DNA from: Clostridia bacterium
Lineage (GTDB): Bacteria; Bacillota; Clostridia; UMGS1883; UMGS1540
DNA: 64,000 bases
Assembly (NCBI GenBank): GCA_017620205.1
Contig: JAFZQX010000034.1
Location: 14,506 to 78,505 of the forward strand
Direction: 5' to 3'
The number at the start of each line of letters is the position of its first letter. Position 1 is the stretch's first letter. The position numbers were made by a program, and so were the translations under genes. Below, piece by piece: positions 49,527 to 58,756 of this stretch. Under the pieces are notes generated by a model that did not search any database, was not told where the DNA came from, and worked only from the letters and a program-made list of their open reading frames with translations.

Positions 49527-50765
49527 TTATTCGTAAAGCGGATATTTTTTGCAAAGAGCCGCAACTCTGTTTTTAACTTCTTCCGCGTTTTTGTCAAAGT
49601 CTTTAACTGCGAGCGAAATGCAGGCAGCGATTTCGCGCATGTCTTCTTCTTTCATGCCGCGCGATGTAACCGCCGGTGTACCTACGCGCAGACCGCTTGT
49701 GATAAACGGGCTCTGCTTATCAAACGGGATTGCGTTTTTGTTGGCCGTGATATTAACTTCGTCAAGAAGGTGCTCAACTTCTTTGCCCGTTTTGCCCGTG
49801 TTTGTCAAATCAAGAAGCATTAAGTGATTGTCCGTGCCGCCCGAAACGAGGTTAAAGCCTTCTTCTATGAAGCCCTTCGCGAGAGCTGCGGCGTTTTTAA
49901 CGATCTGTCCTTGATATTCTTTAAATTCGGGCTTTAATGCTTCGCCGAAGCAAACTGCTTTGGAAGCTATTACGTGCATCAAAGGTCCGCCCTGAATTCC
50001 GGGGAATATTGCTTTATCTATCATCTTCGCGTATTCTTCGCGGCAAAGGATAAGACCGCCGCGGGGACCGCGAAGCGTTTTATGCGTTGTTGTTGTAACA
50101 AAGTCTGCATACGGTACCGGACTCTGGTGAAGTCCCGCTGCAACAAGACCTGCGATGTGCGCCATGTCAACCATAAGGTACGCGCCAACTTCTTTTGCGA
50201 TCTCGGCAAACTTTGCAAAGTCAAGCGCTCTGGGGTATGCCGAAGCGCCCGCAAGTATCATTTTCGGTTTGCACTCGAGTGCAAGTCTTCTTACCTCGTC
50301 ATAGTCAACCGTCTGTGTTTCTTCCGATACGCCGTAGGGCACGATGTTAAAATACTTACCGGAAATATTAACGGGGCTGCCGTGACTTAAGTGACCGCCG
50401 TGTGCAAGGCTCATTGAAAGTACCGTATCGCCGGGCTGGAGTGCCGCAAAGAAAACAGCGAGGTTTGCCTGCGCGCCGGAGTGCGGCTGAACGTTTGCGT
50501 GCTCAGCGCCGAAAATCTTTTTGGCTCTGTCGCGCGCTAAATTCTCAACAACGTCAACATATTCGCATCCGCCGTAGTAGCGCTTGCCGGGATAACCTTC
50601 CGCGTATTTGTTTGTTAAAACCGTGCCCATAGCCTGCATAACGGCAGGGCTTACAAAGTTTTCGGAAGCGATAAGCTCAATTTTGCTGCGCTGACGGGAA
50701 AGCTCGTTATCCATTGCCTCCGCTATCTCGGGGTCGCATTTTCTGATTTCATCGATACAGTACAT
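49527..50765 (-). CDS. glyA: Serine hydroxymethyltransferase
   Basis: [21 protein letters not shown] and [13 protein letters not shown] motifs. Confidence 0.98.
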   Translation of the reverse strand: MYCIDEIRKCDPEIAEAMDNELSRQRSKIELIASENFVSPAVMQAMGTVLTNKYAEGYPGKRYYGGCEYVDVVENLARDRAKKIFGAEHANVQPHSGAQANLAVFFAALQPGDTVLSMSLAHGGHLSHGSPVNISGKYFNIVPYGVSEETQTVDYDEVRRLALECKPKMILAGASAYPRALDFAKFAEIAKEVGAYLMVDMAHIAGLVAAGLHQSPVPYADFVTTTTHKTLRGPRGGLILCREEYAKMIDKAIFPGIQGGPLMHVIASKAVCFGEALKPEFKEYQGQIVKNAAALAKGFIEEGFNLVSGGTDNHLMLLDLTNTGKTGKEVEHLLDEVNITANKNAIPFDKQSPFITSGLRVGTPAVTSRGMKEEDMREIAACISLAVKDFDKNAEEVKNRVAALCKKYPLYE

Positions 50766-50892
50766 TAAAATCAATCCTCTCAAAATTATTTAGAGTATAT
50801 TATTTTATGTCAAACTAACAGATATATTATATCTGTTTTTCTTTGCATTTTCAAGTCTTTTATGCTAAAATAGACAAAGTGAGGTGTTTTTT

Positions 50893-51522
50893 ATGACAAA
50901 CAAGGAAAAATATAATAAATTACAGGCGGTTTTTGACGAATTGTACAAGGATGCCGAATGCTCTCTTGATTTCCGGTCGCCTTTCCGTCTGCTTGTTGCC
51001 GTTCAGCTTTCGGCGCAGTGCACGGACGCGCGCGTAAACCTTGTAACACCATCGCTTTTTAAGAAGTTTCCAACCGTTGAATCATTTGCCGAGGCGGATT
51101 TACCCGAACTTGAAGACGCCATACGCTCAACGGGCTTTTTCAGAAACAAAGCAAAGAATTTAAAGGGCTGCGCCCAAATGCTTTTGGAAAAGCACGGCGG
51201 CGAAGTGCCCGATACGATGGATGCGCTTTTAAAGCTTCCCGGCGTAGGGAGAAAGACCGCAAATCTCATACTCGGCGATGTTTTCGGCAAGGGCGGCGTT
51301 GTAGTTGATACGCACGCGGGCAGAATTGCCAGACGTATGGGTTTTACAAAGAATACCGATCCCGAAAAGGTAGAGTATGACCTCGCAAAAATAATACCGC
51401 TTGAAAACCAAACGCGGTTTTGCCATCAACTCGTTCACCACGGCAGAGCGCTCTGCACGGCGCGAAATCCAAAATGCGCAGAATGCCCCGCGGTAGGTTT
51501 TTGTCAGTTTACCAAATCGTGA
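50893..51522 (+). CDS. nth: Endonuclease III
   Basis: LSAQCTD; HhH LPGVGRKTAN; VDTH; C-x6-C-x2-C-x5-C FeS motif. Confidence 0.96.
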   Translation: MTNKEKYNKLQAVFDELYKDAECSLDFRSPFRLLVAVQLSAQCTDARVNLVTPSLFKKFPTVESFAEADLPELEDAIRSTGFFRNKAKNLKGCAQMLLEKHGGEVPDTMDALLKLPGVGRKTANLILGDVFGKGGVVVDTHAGRIARRMGFTKNTDPEKVEYDLAKIIPLENQTRFCHQLVHHGRALCTARNPKCAECPAVGFCQFTKS

Positions 51523-52889
51523 ATCCATTTGCGGCTTTTAACACGTCTTATTGATAAGAAAAACTTGACTATCTCCTCAATAAGCGAGCTTGCGAAAACA
51601 AATTCAAGCGGAAGCTTAAGTAGAATTCCCGCGATAAATACGCACGGCACGCCCAAAAGCCATACGCCGCCGAGATCCAGAATGCAGGCGTAAAGCGTGT
51701 CGCCTCCGCCGCGCATAATGCCGACTATGGCGATAAGCGTAAAGTTTCGAAACGCAAGCGAAAAAGACAGCATGAAAATTATATTTCTCGCATAGATATA
51801 CGCCGCATCCGAGAGCGCGAAAAGGCGCAGATAAAACGGGGCGGCGAAAGCCATAACCGCACCGAATATTATGCCGGAAAGAAAGCTTATAACAGAAAAC
51901 TGAGACGCGTCGTATACGGCGCGTTTTACTCTGCCCGAGCCTATCTCCTTACCGATAATAATGCTTACGGCATACGCCATTCCAAACGCAAAAACGTTGC
52001 ACAGCCGTTCCATAATATTTGATATATTGGCAGCCGCGACCGCCGCAGTACCGTCCTCCGGAGTTAAACCTGTCCGCGCGTAAACGGCAACATAAAGCGA
52101 GATGCCTATCGACCAAAGCGTTTCGTTAAACATAACGGGAAACGAAATCTTAAAATATTTTTTTATAAAATCCTTCGGTATATCAAAATAGTCTTTTATA
52201 TTTTTAGTTATAAAATCAACCTGCGTTACGGCAAGGAAGATTATCAAAACGCATTCCGCAGCGCGCGCCAAAAGCGTAGCATAAGCCGCGCCCGAAACGC
52301 CCAAAGCGGGGAAGCCGAATTTTCCGAAAATCAAAAGATAGTTAAATAAAACGTTTATGATTATTGCCGCGGTTGACGATATAAGCGGCAAGCGGACACG
52401 CTCTACGTTTTTTACCGTCGCCGAAACAGAAAGCGACAAAGCAGTTAAAGGATACGTTGCCGCCGTGATTTTTATGTACCGCGCGCCGCCTTCTATAACA
52501 GATGCGTCTTTTGAAAAAATGCGCATGATTGTTTCGGGAAAAGCGAAAAGGAAAACGCCCAAAATAAGTCCCGCCGTAAGCGTTGCCCAAACGCAAAGGC
52601 CTGTTGTGCGGCGTATGCCGCCCATATCCTTTTTGCCCCAGAACTGCGCCATCAAAACGCCCGAGCCGCTTACGGCCCCGAACACAAAAAGCGTATATAT
52701 AAAAAAGAACTGATTGGCGCTGTTTACGGTGGCTATTGCCGTATCGCCGAGCCTGCCTACCATAATATTATCTACAAGGTTTACAAGAACCGTAATAAGA
52801 TTTTGCGCGGCAAGCGGCAGCGTTATCGCGAAAAAAGTCCGAAGCGTTATTTTATTGAATCCTATTCTCTTTCCCGACTTTAAAACCAT
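51504..52889 (-). CDS. MATE family efflux transporter
   Basis: About 12 TMs; VDNIMVGRLG and LIFGKFGFPALGVSGAAYAT motifs. Confidence 0.93.
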   Translation of the reverse strand: MVLKSGKRIGFNKITLRTFFAITLPLAAQNLITVLVNLVDNIMVGRLGDTAIATVNSANQFFFIYTLFVFGAVSGSGVLMAQFWGKKDMGGIRRTTGLCVWATLTAGLILGVFLFAFPETIMRIFSKDASVIEGGARYIKITAATYPLTALSLSVSATVKNVERVRLPLISSTAAIIINVLFNYLLIFGKFGFPALGVSGAAYATLLARAAECVLIIFLAVTQVDFITKNIKDYFDIPKDFIKKYFKISFPVMFNETLWSIGISLYVAVYARTGLTPEDGTAAVAAANISNIMERLCNVFAFGMAYAVSIIIGKEIGSGRVKRAVYDASQFSVISFLSGIIFGAVMAFAAPFYLRLFALSDAAYIYARNIIFMLSFSLAFRNFTLIAIVGIMRGGGDTLYACILDLGGVWLLGVPCVFIAGILLKLPLEFVFASSLIEEIVKFFLSIRRVKSRKWIHDLVN

Positions 52890-52976
52890 AAAGGATAAAG
52901 CTCCTTTTGAAAAATTTACTTTAGTATTTTACCGCAAACAGATAAAAAAAGCAATCCCCCAAAAAGAGACTGCCTG

Positions 52977-53042
52977 AATATAGTACAGACCCGGCAAACG
53001 GAACCCGAAGGCGTACATATGTACGGCAGAGTTTCGGTTTGC
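52977..53042. repeat. Structured dispersed repeat, copy B
   Basis: Shorter version of 38204-38295 lacking the internal CCAAAGC/GCTTTGG hairpin. Confidence 0.7.
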
Positions 53043-53054
53043 GAAAACCAAGAA

Positions 53055-53088
53055 AACCACAAGGGATTTCTGAATCCCTTGTGGTTTA
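53055..53088 (-). terminator. Intrinsic terminator
   Basis: AAACCACAAGGGATT/AATCCCTTGTGGTTT. Confidence 0.75.
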
Positions 53089-53168
53089 AAAAACATTATT
53101 ACATTAATATCAAAAAACTAAATTGATTCTTATTGCGTCAAACCGGGTTTATCGGTCCACCCGGCGTC

Positions 53169-54047
53169 TCAGCCTTCGCCGCCGCCCGTTATAAACACGC
53201 TTCTCGTGCCGCCGTCCCAGTCAACCGAGCAGCCCATGGCCTCGGTTACCGCGCGGAGTGGAATATATGTGCGGCTGTTTATGATTTTTGCGGGAACGTC
53301 CATCGTGCCGTAATCCAAAACCTCACCATCAACATATTTCGTTATCCACGTTGAATCTATCATAACCTGAACGGCAAAATCATCTCTTGACATAGTAACA
53401 CATTTTGCATCGCCGTCCCAGTCTACGCTGTAGCCGAGCGCTTCGGCAACCGCGCGGATAGGAACTAATGTTCTGCTGTTTTCTATTATGGGGTCGCTGT
53501 CGGGCCAAACCTGCGAGCCGTTTACATATATGCTTATCCTTTCGGCTCCCGCGTAAGACGCTCCCGTTACCATATTATAAAAGCCCTGCAGACCTGCGGA
53601 ATCAAAGCTGCTGCTTCTGTAGAAGAATTCATAGTTTTTTCCGTTATATACGGTTGTGTATTTTAATATATTCCACGATGCATTTGTGCTTTCGTCCTGC
53701 AAAACACATGACAGCTCTATATACTCAATGCCGCCCATATATGTATATGACGAGGAAATTGTTACTATGGAATATCCCAGACCTTCATAATAAGAACGGT
53801 GCCTATCTGCCCAATCGGACGCGTCTATATCTCTTACGGTCTCGTATGATGTATTGTTTGCGTAAACAATGATATCATAACCCCCATAGGAATACAGCGT
53901 TCCGCCGTCCTCTGTTCCCGGTGTATAACCGGCAAGCGGATAATACGTAACATCGCCTGCAATTTCCGCCATCGCAGGAATAGCGCAAATTGCCGTTATG
54001 ATCATTAGAGCAGTAAGTACTGCCGCGGTTTTCTTTAAAGCTTTCAT
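53169..54047 (-). CDS. Secreted protein with PsbP/DcrB-like N-domain and C-terminal stalk domain
   Basis: Signal peptide; RTLVPIRAVAEALG..VDWD and RTYIPLRAV; N-domain call is tentative. Confidence 0.8.
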   Translation of the reverse strand: MKALKKTAAVLTALMIITAICAIPAMAEIAGDVTYYPLAGYTPGTEDGGTLYSYGGYDIIVYANNTSYETVRDIDASDWADRHRSYYEGLGYSIVTISSSYTYMGGIEYIELSCVLQDESTNASWNILKYTTVYNGKNYEFFYRSSSFDSAGLQGFYNMVTGASYAGAERISIYVNGSQVWPDSDPIIENSRTLVPIRAVAEALGYSVDWDGDAKCVTMSRDDFAVQVMIDSTWITKYVDGEVLDYGTMDVPAKIINSRTYIPLRAVTEAMGCSVDWDGGTRSVFITGGGEG

Positions 54048-54173
54048 TTTATTCTCCCCCTTTTTTATATAATTATTATATCATAAAAGCAGGTTTTTTG
54101 CAATAAAAGATTGAGTGCTTTCTAAACGTCCGGTCAAAAAAGCGCGCCAAAGCGGCGCGCTTTTTCGGTGTTG

Positions 54174-56120
54174 TTATTCTTTTAATAAACTGTCAATTGA
54201 AACCGTGCTTCCGTTGTATGAATAAACTCCGGTGTTTTCGGTTTTTTTAGCGTCAAAAGTCATATATTTTACTCTTTCGGCTCCGTTCGCTTTTGCCGTT
54301 TTCAGATACTCCGCAAACTCCTCCTGCGTATATCCGTATGTAGCTATTGTCCACGTTTGCTGCTCTTCGTTATAATCCGGAGGATAATCACCCTCGCCCG
54401 TTATCTCAAGCGTTTTTCCGTCTCTTAAATACGGCGTGGATACGCCTGCGTTTCCGTCATAAACAACATAAACAACATCAAGATTTTTTATCTCGGCAAC
54501 GGCCTTCGCGTCTTCATCTGCAAGCGCGTCCTGCATCTGCTGTCTGTTCTCTTCTATTTCTTTTTTCTCATCTTCCGTAAGAGGCGCGGGTGTTTGCGTT
54601 TCAGGTGCTTCAATACTCTTTACGGCATTTTCCGTTCCGTCCCCGTTTGATTTGTCCTTATTTTTGTTATAATAAAGTATTCCGGACAAAACTCCGAGCA
54701 GCAGGAGCGCGGCAACAGCAGCAGCTATAACCGCAGATTTCCTTACGCCTTTCTTTTCGGGCTTTTCAGTATCTTTTATTTCTCTTGTGATTTCCTGCGG
54801 CACGTCATCTTCCGTTGTTACGGCATCTTCTTTTACTCTCTCCGGAACATATATCTTCTGTTCTTCTTTTGATATTTTTTCTATGCGCTGCATATCTTCT
54901 TTAGGCACAGGCATAGACGCAGGACCGGGGTTTATTATTATGCCCGAAACGCCCTCATCTTTTTCCGCAATCGCGCGCAGCTCGTCATACGTATACAGGC
55001 CGATCCGCACGTTTTCACCGTAAGCCGCTTTAAGCGACGCAAAATCAGTAAACGCGGGAATGCATTTTTCATTTCCGTTTTCCGACATGATTATGTGCAT
55101 TTCACCTGTCTCGCTGAGATTTGCAAGCGATGAAAATCCGTATTTTTCTCCGCCGTAAAACTTCAGACTGTCCTTTTTCACTAAAGCCTTTTCGCCGGCT
55201 TCTGCAGAGGTATGCAAAACATAATCCTCTTCATCAAGCGGCGCGTTATCGCTTTCATATAAAAACGGGCAAAGCAAAAATGTTTCTTTAAGTTCGTGGC
55301 AAAAAGCGCTGTACAGCGTTTTTGAAAGCGAACGCATATTCTCGCTTTTCTGCGCCGAATACTGCAAATATCTTATAATACACATATAAAGCGCGCTGCC
55401 GCTGTATTCCCATTCTTTTGCCTTGGGATCGGGCAGATAATCGTCACGCAGAATCGCGCTCGGATGCTCGTTTGTTCCCGCGTTTAAATAAAAGCTTTGT
55501 ATTCCGAGTGCGTACCAGGATTTAACCTGCGCCTCAAAATCCGTCTTGGCGTATTCTTTTATTCCAAGCGTTTTTATTTCGCTTTGTTTTAAAAAGTCTT
55601 CGGCATACTCAAATTTTGTAAAAACGTTTGCGTATCCGTTCCATGTAATGGAAGGACAAGAATCACCCGTAACGGTATCATAAATCATATATACCTTTTC
55701 AACCGAATTGAGGTACGGTATACCGTGATTTTGAGCATACTGACGTCTTGACTGTCTTTCAATTTTGTTGTCGTCAACCGTTTTGCATTTCGGTTTAAGA
55801 TTCATATCGCGGCGGCTGTCGTTGTCTATCGATATAAAAAAGCTTTCCATAAGCCTGTCTTCCGGAATCTTTGTATACAGCTCAAATATGAATTCTTCCA
55901 GCTTTTTTTCGTCCGTGTCTTTTAAATTGAACTCATCTTCAGTGATTAAAAAGAGTGCATGTCCGCTGTCTCCCGGCATCCAGTCGGGGCTTTCAAAATA
56001 TCTGTTTGAAAGTGATACTACCTCTGCAGCATAAACACCCCTGTCCTCAAAAACAATCAGCCTGAAAAGCGGATCTTTATTCGTCGGACCGGCGTATACT
56101 GCTTTGCCTTTCATTTTCAT
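54174..56120 (-). CDS. SseB-like domain membrane protein
   Basis: IPAFTD..GIIINPG (SseB-like); single TM (AVIAAAVAALLLLGVLSGILYY); C-terminal domain after the TM. Confidence 0.65.
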   Translation of the reverse strand: MKMKGKAVYAGPTNKDPLFRLIVFEDRGVYAAEVVSLSNRYFESPDWMPGDSGHALFLITEDEFNLKDTDEKKLEEFIFELYTKIPEDRLMESFFISIDNDSRRDMNLKPKCKTVDDNKIERQSRRQYAQNHGIPYLNSVEKVYMIYDTVTGDSCPSITWNGYANVFTKFEYAEDFLKQSEIKTLGIKEYAKTDFEAQVKSWYALGIQSFYLNAGTNEHPSAILRDDYLPDPKAKEWEYSGSALYMCIIRYLQYSAQKSENMRSLSKTLYSAFCHELKETFLLCPFLYESDNAPLDEEDYVLHTSAEAGEKALVKKDSLKFYGGEKYGFSSLANLSETGEMHIIMSENGNEKCIPAFTDFASLKAAYGENVRIGLYTYDELRAIAEKDEGVSGIIINPGPASMPVPKEDMQRIEKISKEEQKIYVPERVKEDAVTTEDDVPQEITREIKDTEKPEKKGVRKSAVIAAAVAALLLLGVLSGILYYNKNKDKSNGDGTENAVKSIEAPETQTPAPLTEDEKKEIEENRQQMQDALADEDAKAVAEIKNLDVVYVVYDGNAGVSTPYLRDGKTLEITGEGDYPPDYNEEQQTWTIATYGYTQEEFAEYLKTAKANGAERVKYMTFDAKKTENTGVYSYNGSTVSIDSLLKE

Positions 56121-56165
56121 TTTAAACCCTCCTTTGTTCTTTACGGAGTATTCTTACAATATTAT

Positions 56166-56194
56166 ATTTTATCACTTTAGAAGGCGCAGGACAA
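56166..56194 (-). promoter_or_regulatory. Promoter (shared motif with 57270 and 58307)
   Basis: TTGTCC-17-TAAAAT with extended TG. Confidence 0.55.
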
Positions 56195-56266
56195 TAATTT
56201 TATAAAATAAAAAATTTTTTTTGTTTATTTTGCGTATTTTTACGCCGTTTTTTTATGTAAAAAAAC

Positions 56267-56300
56267 AAAAGCGTCCGGCTTTAAAAAGCCGGGCGCTTTT
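56267..56300 (-). terminator. Terminator (duplicated at 57303-57328)
   Basis: AAAAGCGTCCGGCTTT/AAAGCCGGGCGCTTTT. Confidence 0.75.
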
Positions 56301-56306
56301 AAAACT

Positions 56307-57227
56307 CTATTTGGATATTATAACCGTGCGGGTGCTGCCGTCCCAATTTACGGTTGCGTCCATAGCTTCCGCAACTGCACGCAGCGGCAGATATGTTCTG
56401 TCGGCGAGTATCAAGGCAGGTACGTCAAGCGTGATTTCCTGTGAATAGTCTTTAAGCGCATATCCTAAACCTATCTGAACCAGAATGTTTGTGCCGTTAT
56501 AAGGATTTGTCATTGAAACTATTTGTGTATTCCCGTCCCAACTTACATTATAGCCCATCTTCTCCGCAACGGCTCTTATGGGAACAAGCGTTCTTCCCTC
56601 AATTATAACGGGAGAATTGTCGGGATATATTCTTTCTCCGTTTATATTAATTTTAATCTCACCCGGTTCATAGGAAATACTGTTTAACATGTCTATGAAG
56701 TCAGAATAGCTGTTTGTTTGGTTGTCTCTGGCATGAGAAATCAAATAAACCTTGCCGTTTTTTGCCGTAACCATTAATACGTAGTGACCCTGAAGGTCAG
56801 GAATACCGCCGCCGCTTACTGTATACACTTTTTCATATTTATAATATTTAACTCCGTTATACGTTTCATACGAAGTATTTATATAATCTGCTTTTACTGT
56901 TCGTTTTGCACCATAATATTCCGTAAATGAATCTGCAAGTTCTGAATCTGACGAACCGCTTTCACAAATTGATTTTATGTCTTCTTCGGGAATTTGATCA
57001 ATTGATACAAATAACGGTGCTTCCGCGTATGATAAAATGATTCCTTCATTTTCGTCTTTATTATTTGGATTAATAAAAACGTACCTCGCACCCGAGTTTT
57101 GCTGTACCCAATTATCGGACAAAGCAAATGACACTCCGAGATCCTTATCATTAACCACCTGCGCAAAGCATGTAACGGATGATGCCAAAACCAAAACAAC
57201 TACAAATACTGATAAAACTTTTTTCAT
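56307..57227 (-). CDS. Secreted PsbP-like + stalk domain protein (paralog)
   Basis: Signal peptide; YNGVKYYKYEK; PVIIEGRTLVPIRAVAEKMGY. Confidence 0.82.
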   Translation of the reverse strand: MKKVLSVFVVVLVLASSVTCFAQVVNDKDLGVSFALSDNWVQQNSGARYVFINPNNKDENEGIILSYAEAPLFVSIDQIPEEDIKSICESGSSDSELADSFTEYYGAKRTVKADYINTSYETYNGVKYYKYEKVYTVSGGGIPDLQGHYVLMVTAKNGKVYLISHARDNQTNSYSDFIDMLNSISYEPGEIKININGERIYPDNSPVIIEGRTLVPIRAVAEKMGYNVSWDGNTQIVSMTNPYNGTNILVQIGLGYALKDYSQEITLDVPALILADRTYLPLRAVAEAMDATVNWDGSTRTVIISK

Positions 57228-57346
57228 AAAAATTCTCCTTTGTCTTTTCCGGATTAAACCTATTATATTTTTTAATCACTTTGCGGAAGATAGGAAAACA
57301 TTGCGCCCTGCTTTAAAAAGCCGGGCGCTCCAAAACTTTGTTATAT

Positions 57347-58267
57347 TTAACTGTATATTTCAACCGTTCGCGTTTCGTTGTTCCAATTAACTTTTGCGCT
57401 CATAGCTTCAGCAACGGCACGGACCGGAAGGTATGTTCTGCCTCCTATGACAACGGGAGGAACATCAAGCTGAATTTTCTGAGAACCGTCTTTAACCGCA
57501 TATTCGCGCTTTATCTGGAACTCAAGAACGGATCCGATAAATGCATTTGTTATTTTTATCATCTGTGTGTTTCCGTCCCATTCAACATAGTAGCCCATCT
57601 TCTCCGCAACTGCTCTGATAGGCACAAGCGTTCTTCCCTCTATAATAACAGGCGCGCTGTCAGAGTTGATAATTTCATTATTTATTTTTATTTTAATTTC
57701 ACCGATGTAATATGACATGCACGCGAGCAGCTTTAAAAAATCATCATAATGCTCTGTTTTGGAATTTCCTTCATAACAAAACTCGTATGAATTGCCGTTT
57801 TTAGATGTGATAAACTTAACGGCGTAAAATTTTACGGGTTGTACTCCGCGCGCACTTGCAGTATAATACTTTTCGTATTTATAATATTTAACTCCGTTAT
57901 ATTCCTCAAAACCGTCATTGACATAATCTGTGCTTACGCTGATGCTTATACCGTTGGCATCTGATAAATCCTTCGCCTTCTTATCATTGGAAAAGCTTTC
58001 TTCGCAGTTCTTTCTCATATTTTCTATATCGGCAATTCCCTCTGTCATTATATAGGCTCCGCCATCTTTATAACAGTCAATGCTTACTCTTTCGTTTTTG
58101 TTTTGCTTGTTTCTAAAGGAATAGTCATGAACCGACTGTTCCAGCTGCCATTCATCGGAAAACTCAAAAGAAATTCCCTGGCCTTTGCTTTCAATTTTAA
58201 TAGCAAAACATGTCGTTGATGACAGTAATACGATTAAACTTACAAATAAGGCAACAATCTTTTTCAT
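57347..58267 (-). CDS. Secreted PsbP-like + stalk domain protein (tandem paralog)
   Basis: Same length (306 aa) and motifs as 56307-57227. Confidence 0.82.
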   Translation of the reverse strand: MKKIVALFVSLIVLLSSTTCFAIKIESKGQGISFEFSDEWQLEQSVHDYSFRNKQNKNERVSIDCYKDGGAYIMTEGIADIENMRKNCEESFSNDKKAKDLSDANGISISVSTDYVNDGFEEYNGVKYYKYEKYYTASARGVQPVKFYAVKFITSKNGNSYEFCYEGNSKTEHYDDFLKLLACMSYYIGEIKIKINNEIINSDSAPVIIEGRTLVPIRAVAEKMGYYVEWDGNTQMIKITNAFIGSVLEFQIKREYAVKDGSQKIQLDVPPVVIGGRTYLPVRAVAEAMSAKVNWNNETRTVEIYS

Positions 58268-58306
58268 AAATCATCATCCTTTATTTTGATTATAAACTAT
58301 ATTGGT

Positions 58307-58335
58307 ATTCTATCACATTTGTGTGATAAGGACAA
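58307..58335 (-). promoter_or_regulatory. Promoter with 7-4-7 palindrome overlapping the spacer
   Basis: TTGTCC-17-TAGAAT; TATCACA-TTTG-TGTGATA at 58311-58328. Confidence 0.55.
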
Positions 58336-58475
58336 CACTTTTATGACATATAGGCATATTTTTGTGAATTTTGTGTATTTTTTCTCTGTTTTTTTATATA
58401 TATAAAACAAAAGCAACCGTCGAAAATTCACTTATATAACGGTCATTAAAGAATAACAAACTTTATATCAATAAC

Positions 58476-58504
58476 TTGAAAACGGCCTGTTTTTGTGCTA
58501 TAAT
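58476..58504 (+). promoter_or_regulatory. sigmaA promoter of MTase operon
   Basis: TTGAAA-17-TATAAT with extended TG. Confidence 0.75.
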
Positions 58505-58546
58505 TAACCCAAAACCGGGGCGAAACCGCCCTTAGAGGAGGTAGCC

Positions 58547-58756
58547 ATGGGCAGCAAAACCGAAGTTTTACTTGACAGCCATCAGCTTCAAAAAAACCTG
58601 CGTATGCGGCTGTCGAAACAAATCTTTTCAAATACGCCTGTCCACGTCGGTACTGTTTTTAACATAAACTATAATCCTGCTTTGCCCGGTATCATTCTCC
58701 GGGTGTTTTCAGCGAAAACGTGTAAAAACGATAACTTTCCGGAGGTATCGAAATGA
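58547..58756 (+). CDS. Small putative AbrB/MazE-like protein leading the MTase operon
   Basis: Strong GAGGAGG RBS; ATGA overlap with MTase 1; LDSHQLQKNLRMRLSKQIF..VG..F.I pattern resembles the swapped-hairpin fold. Confidence 0.6.
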   Translation: MGSKTEVLLDSHQLQKNLRMRLSKQIFSNTPVHVGTVFNINYNPALPGIILRVFSAKTCKNDNFPEVSK

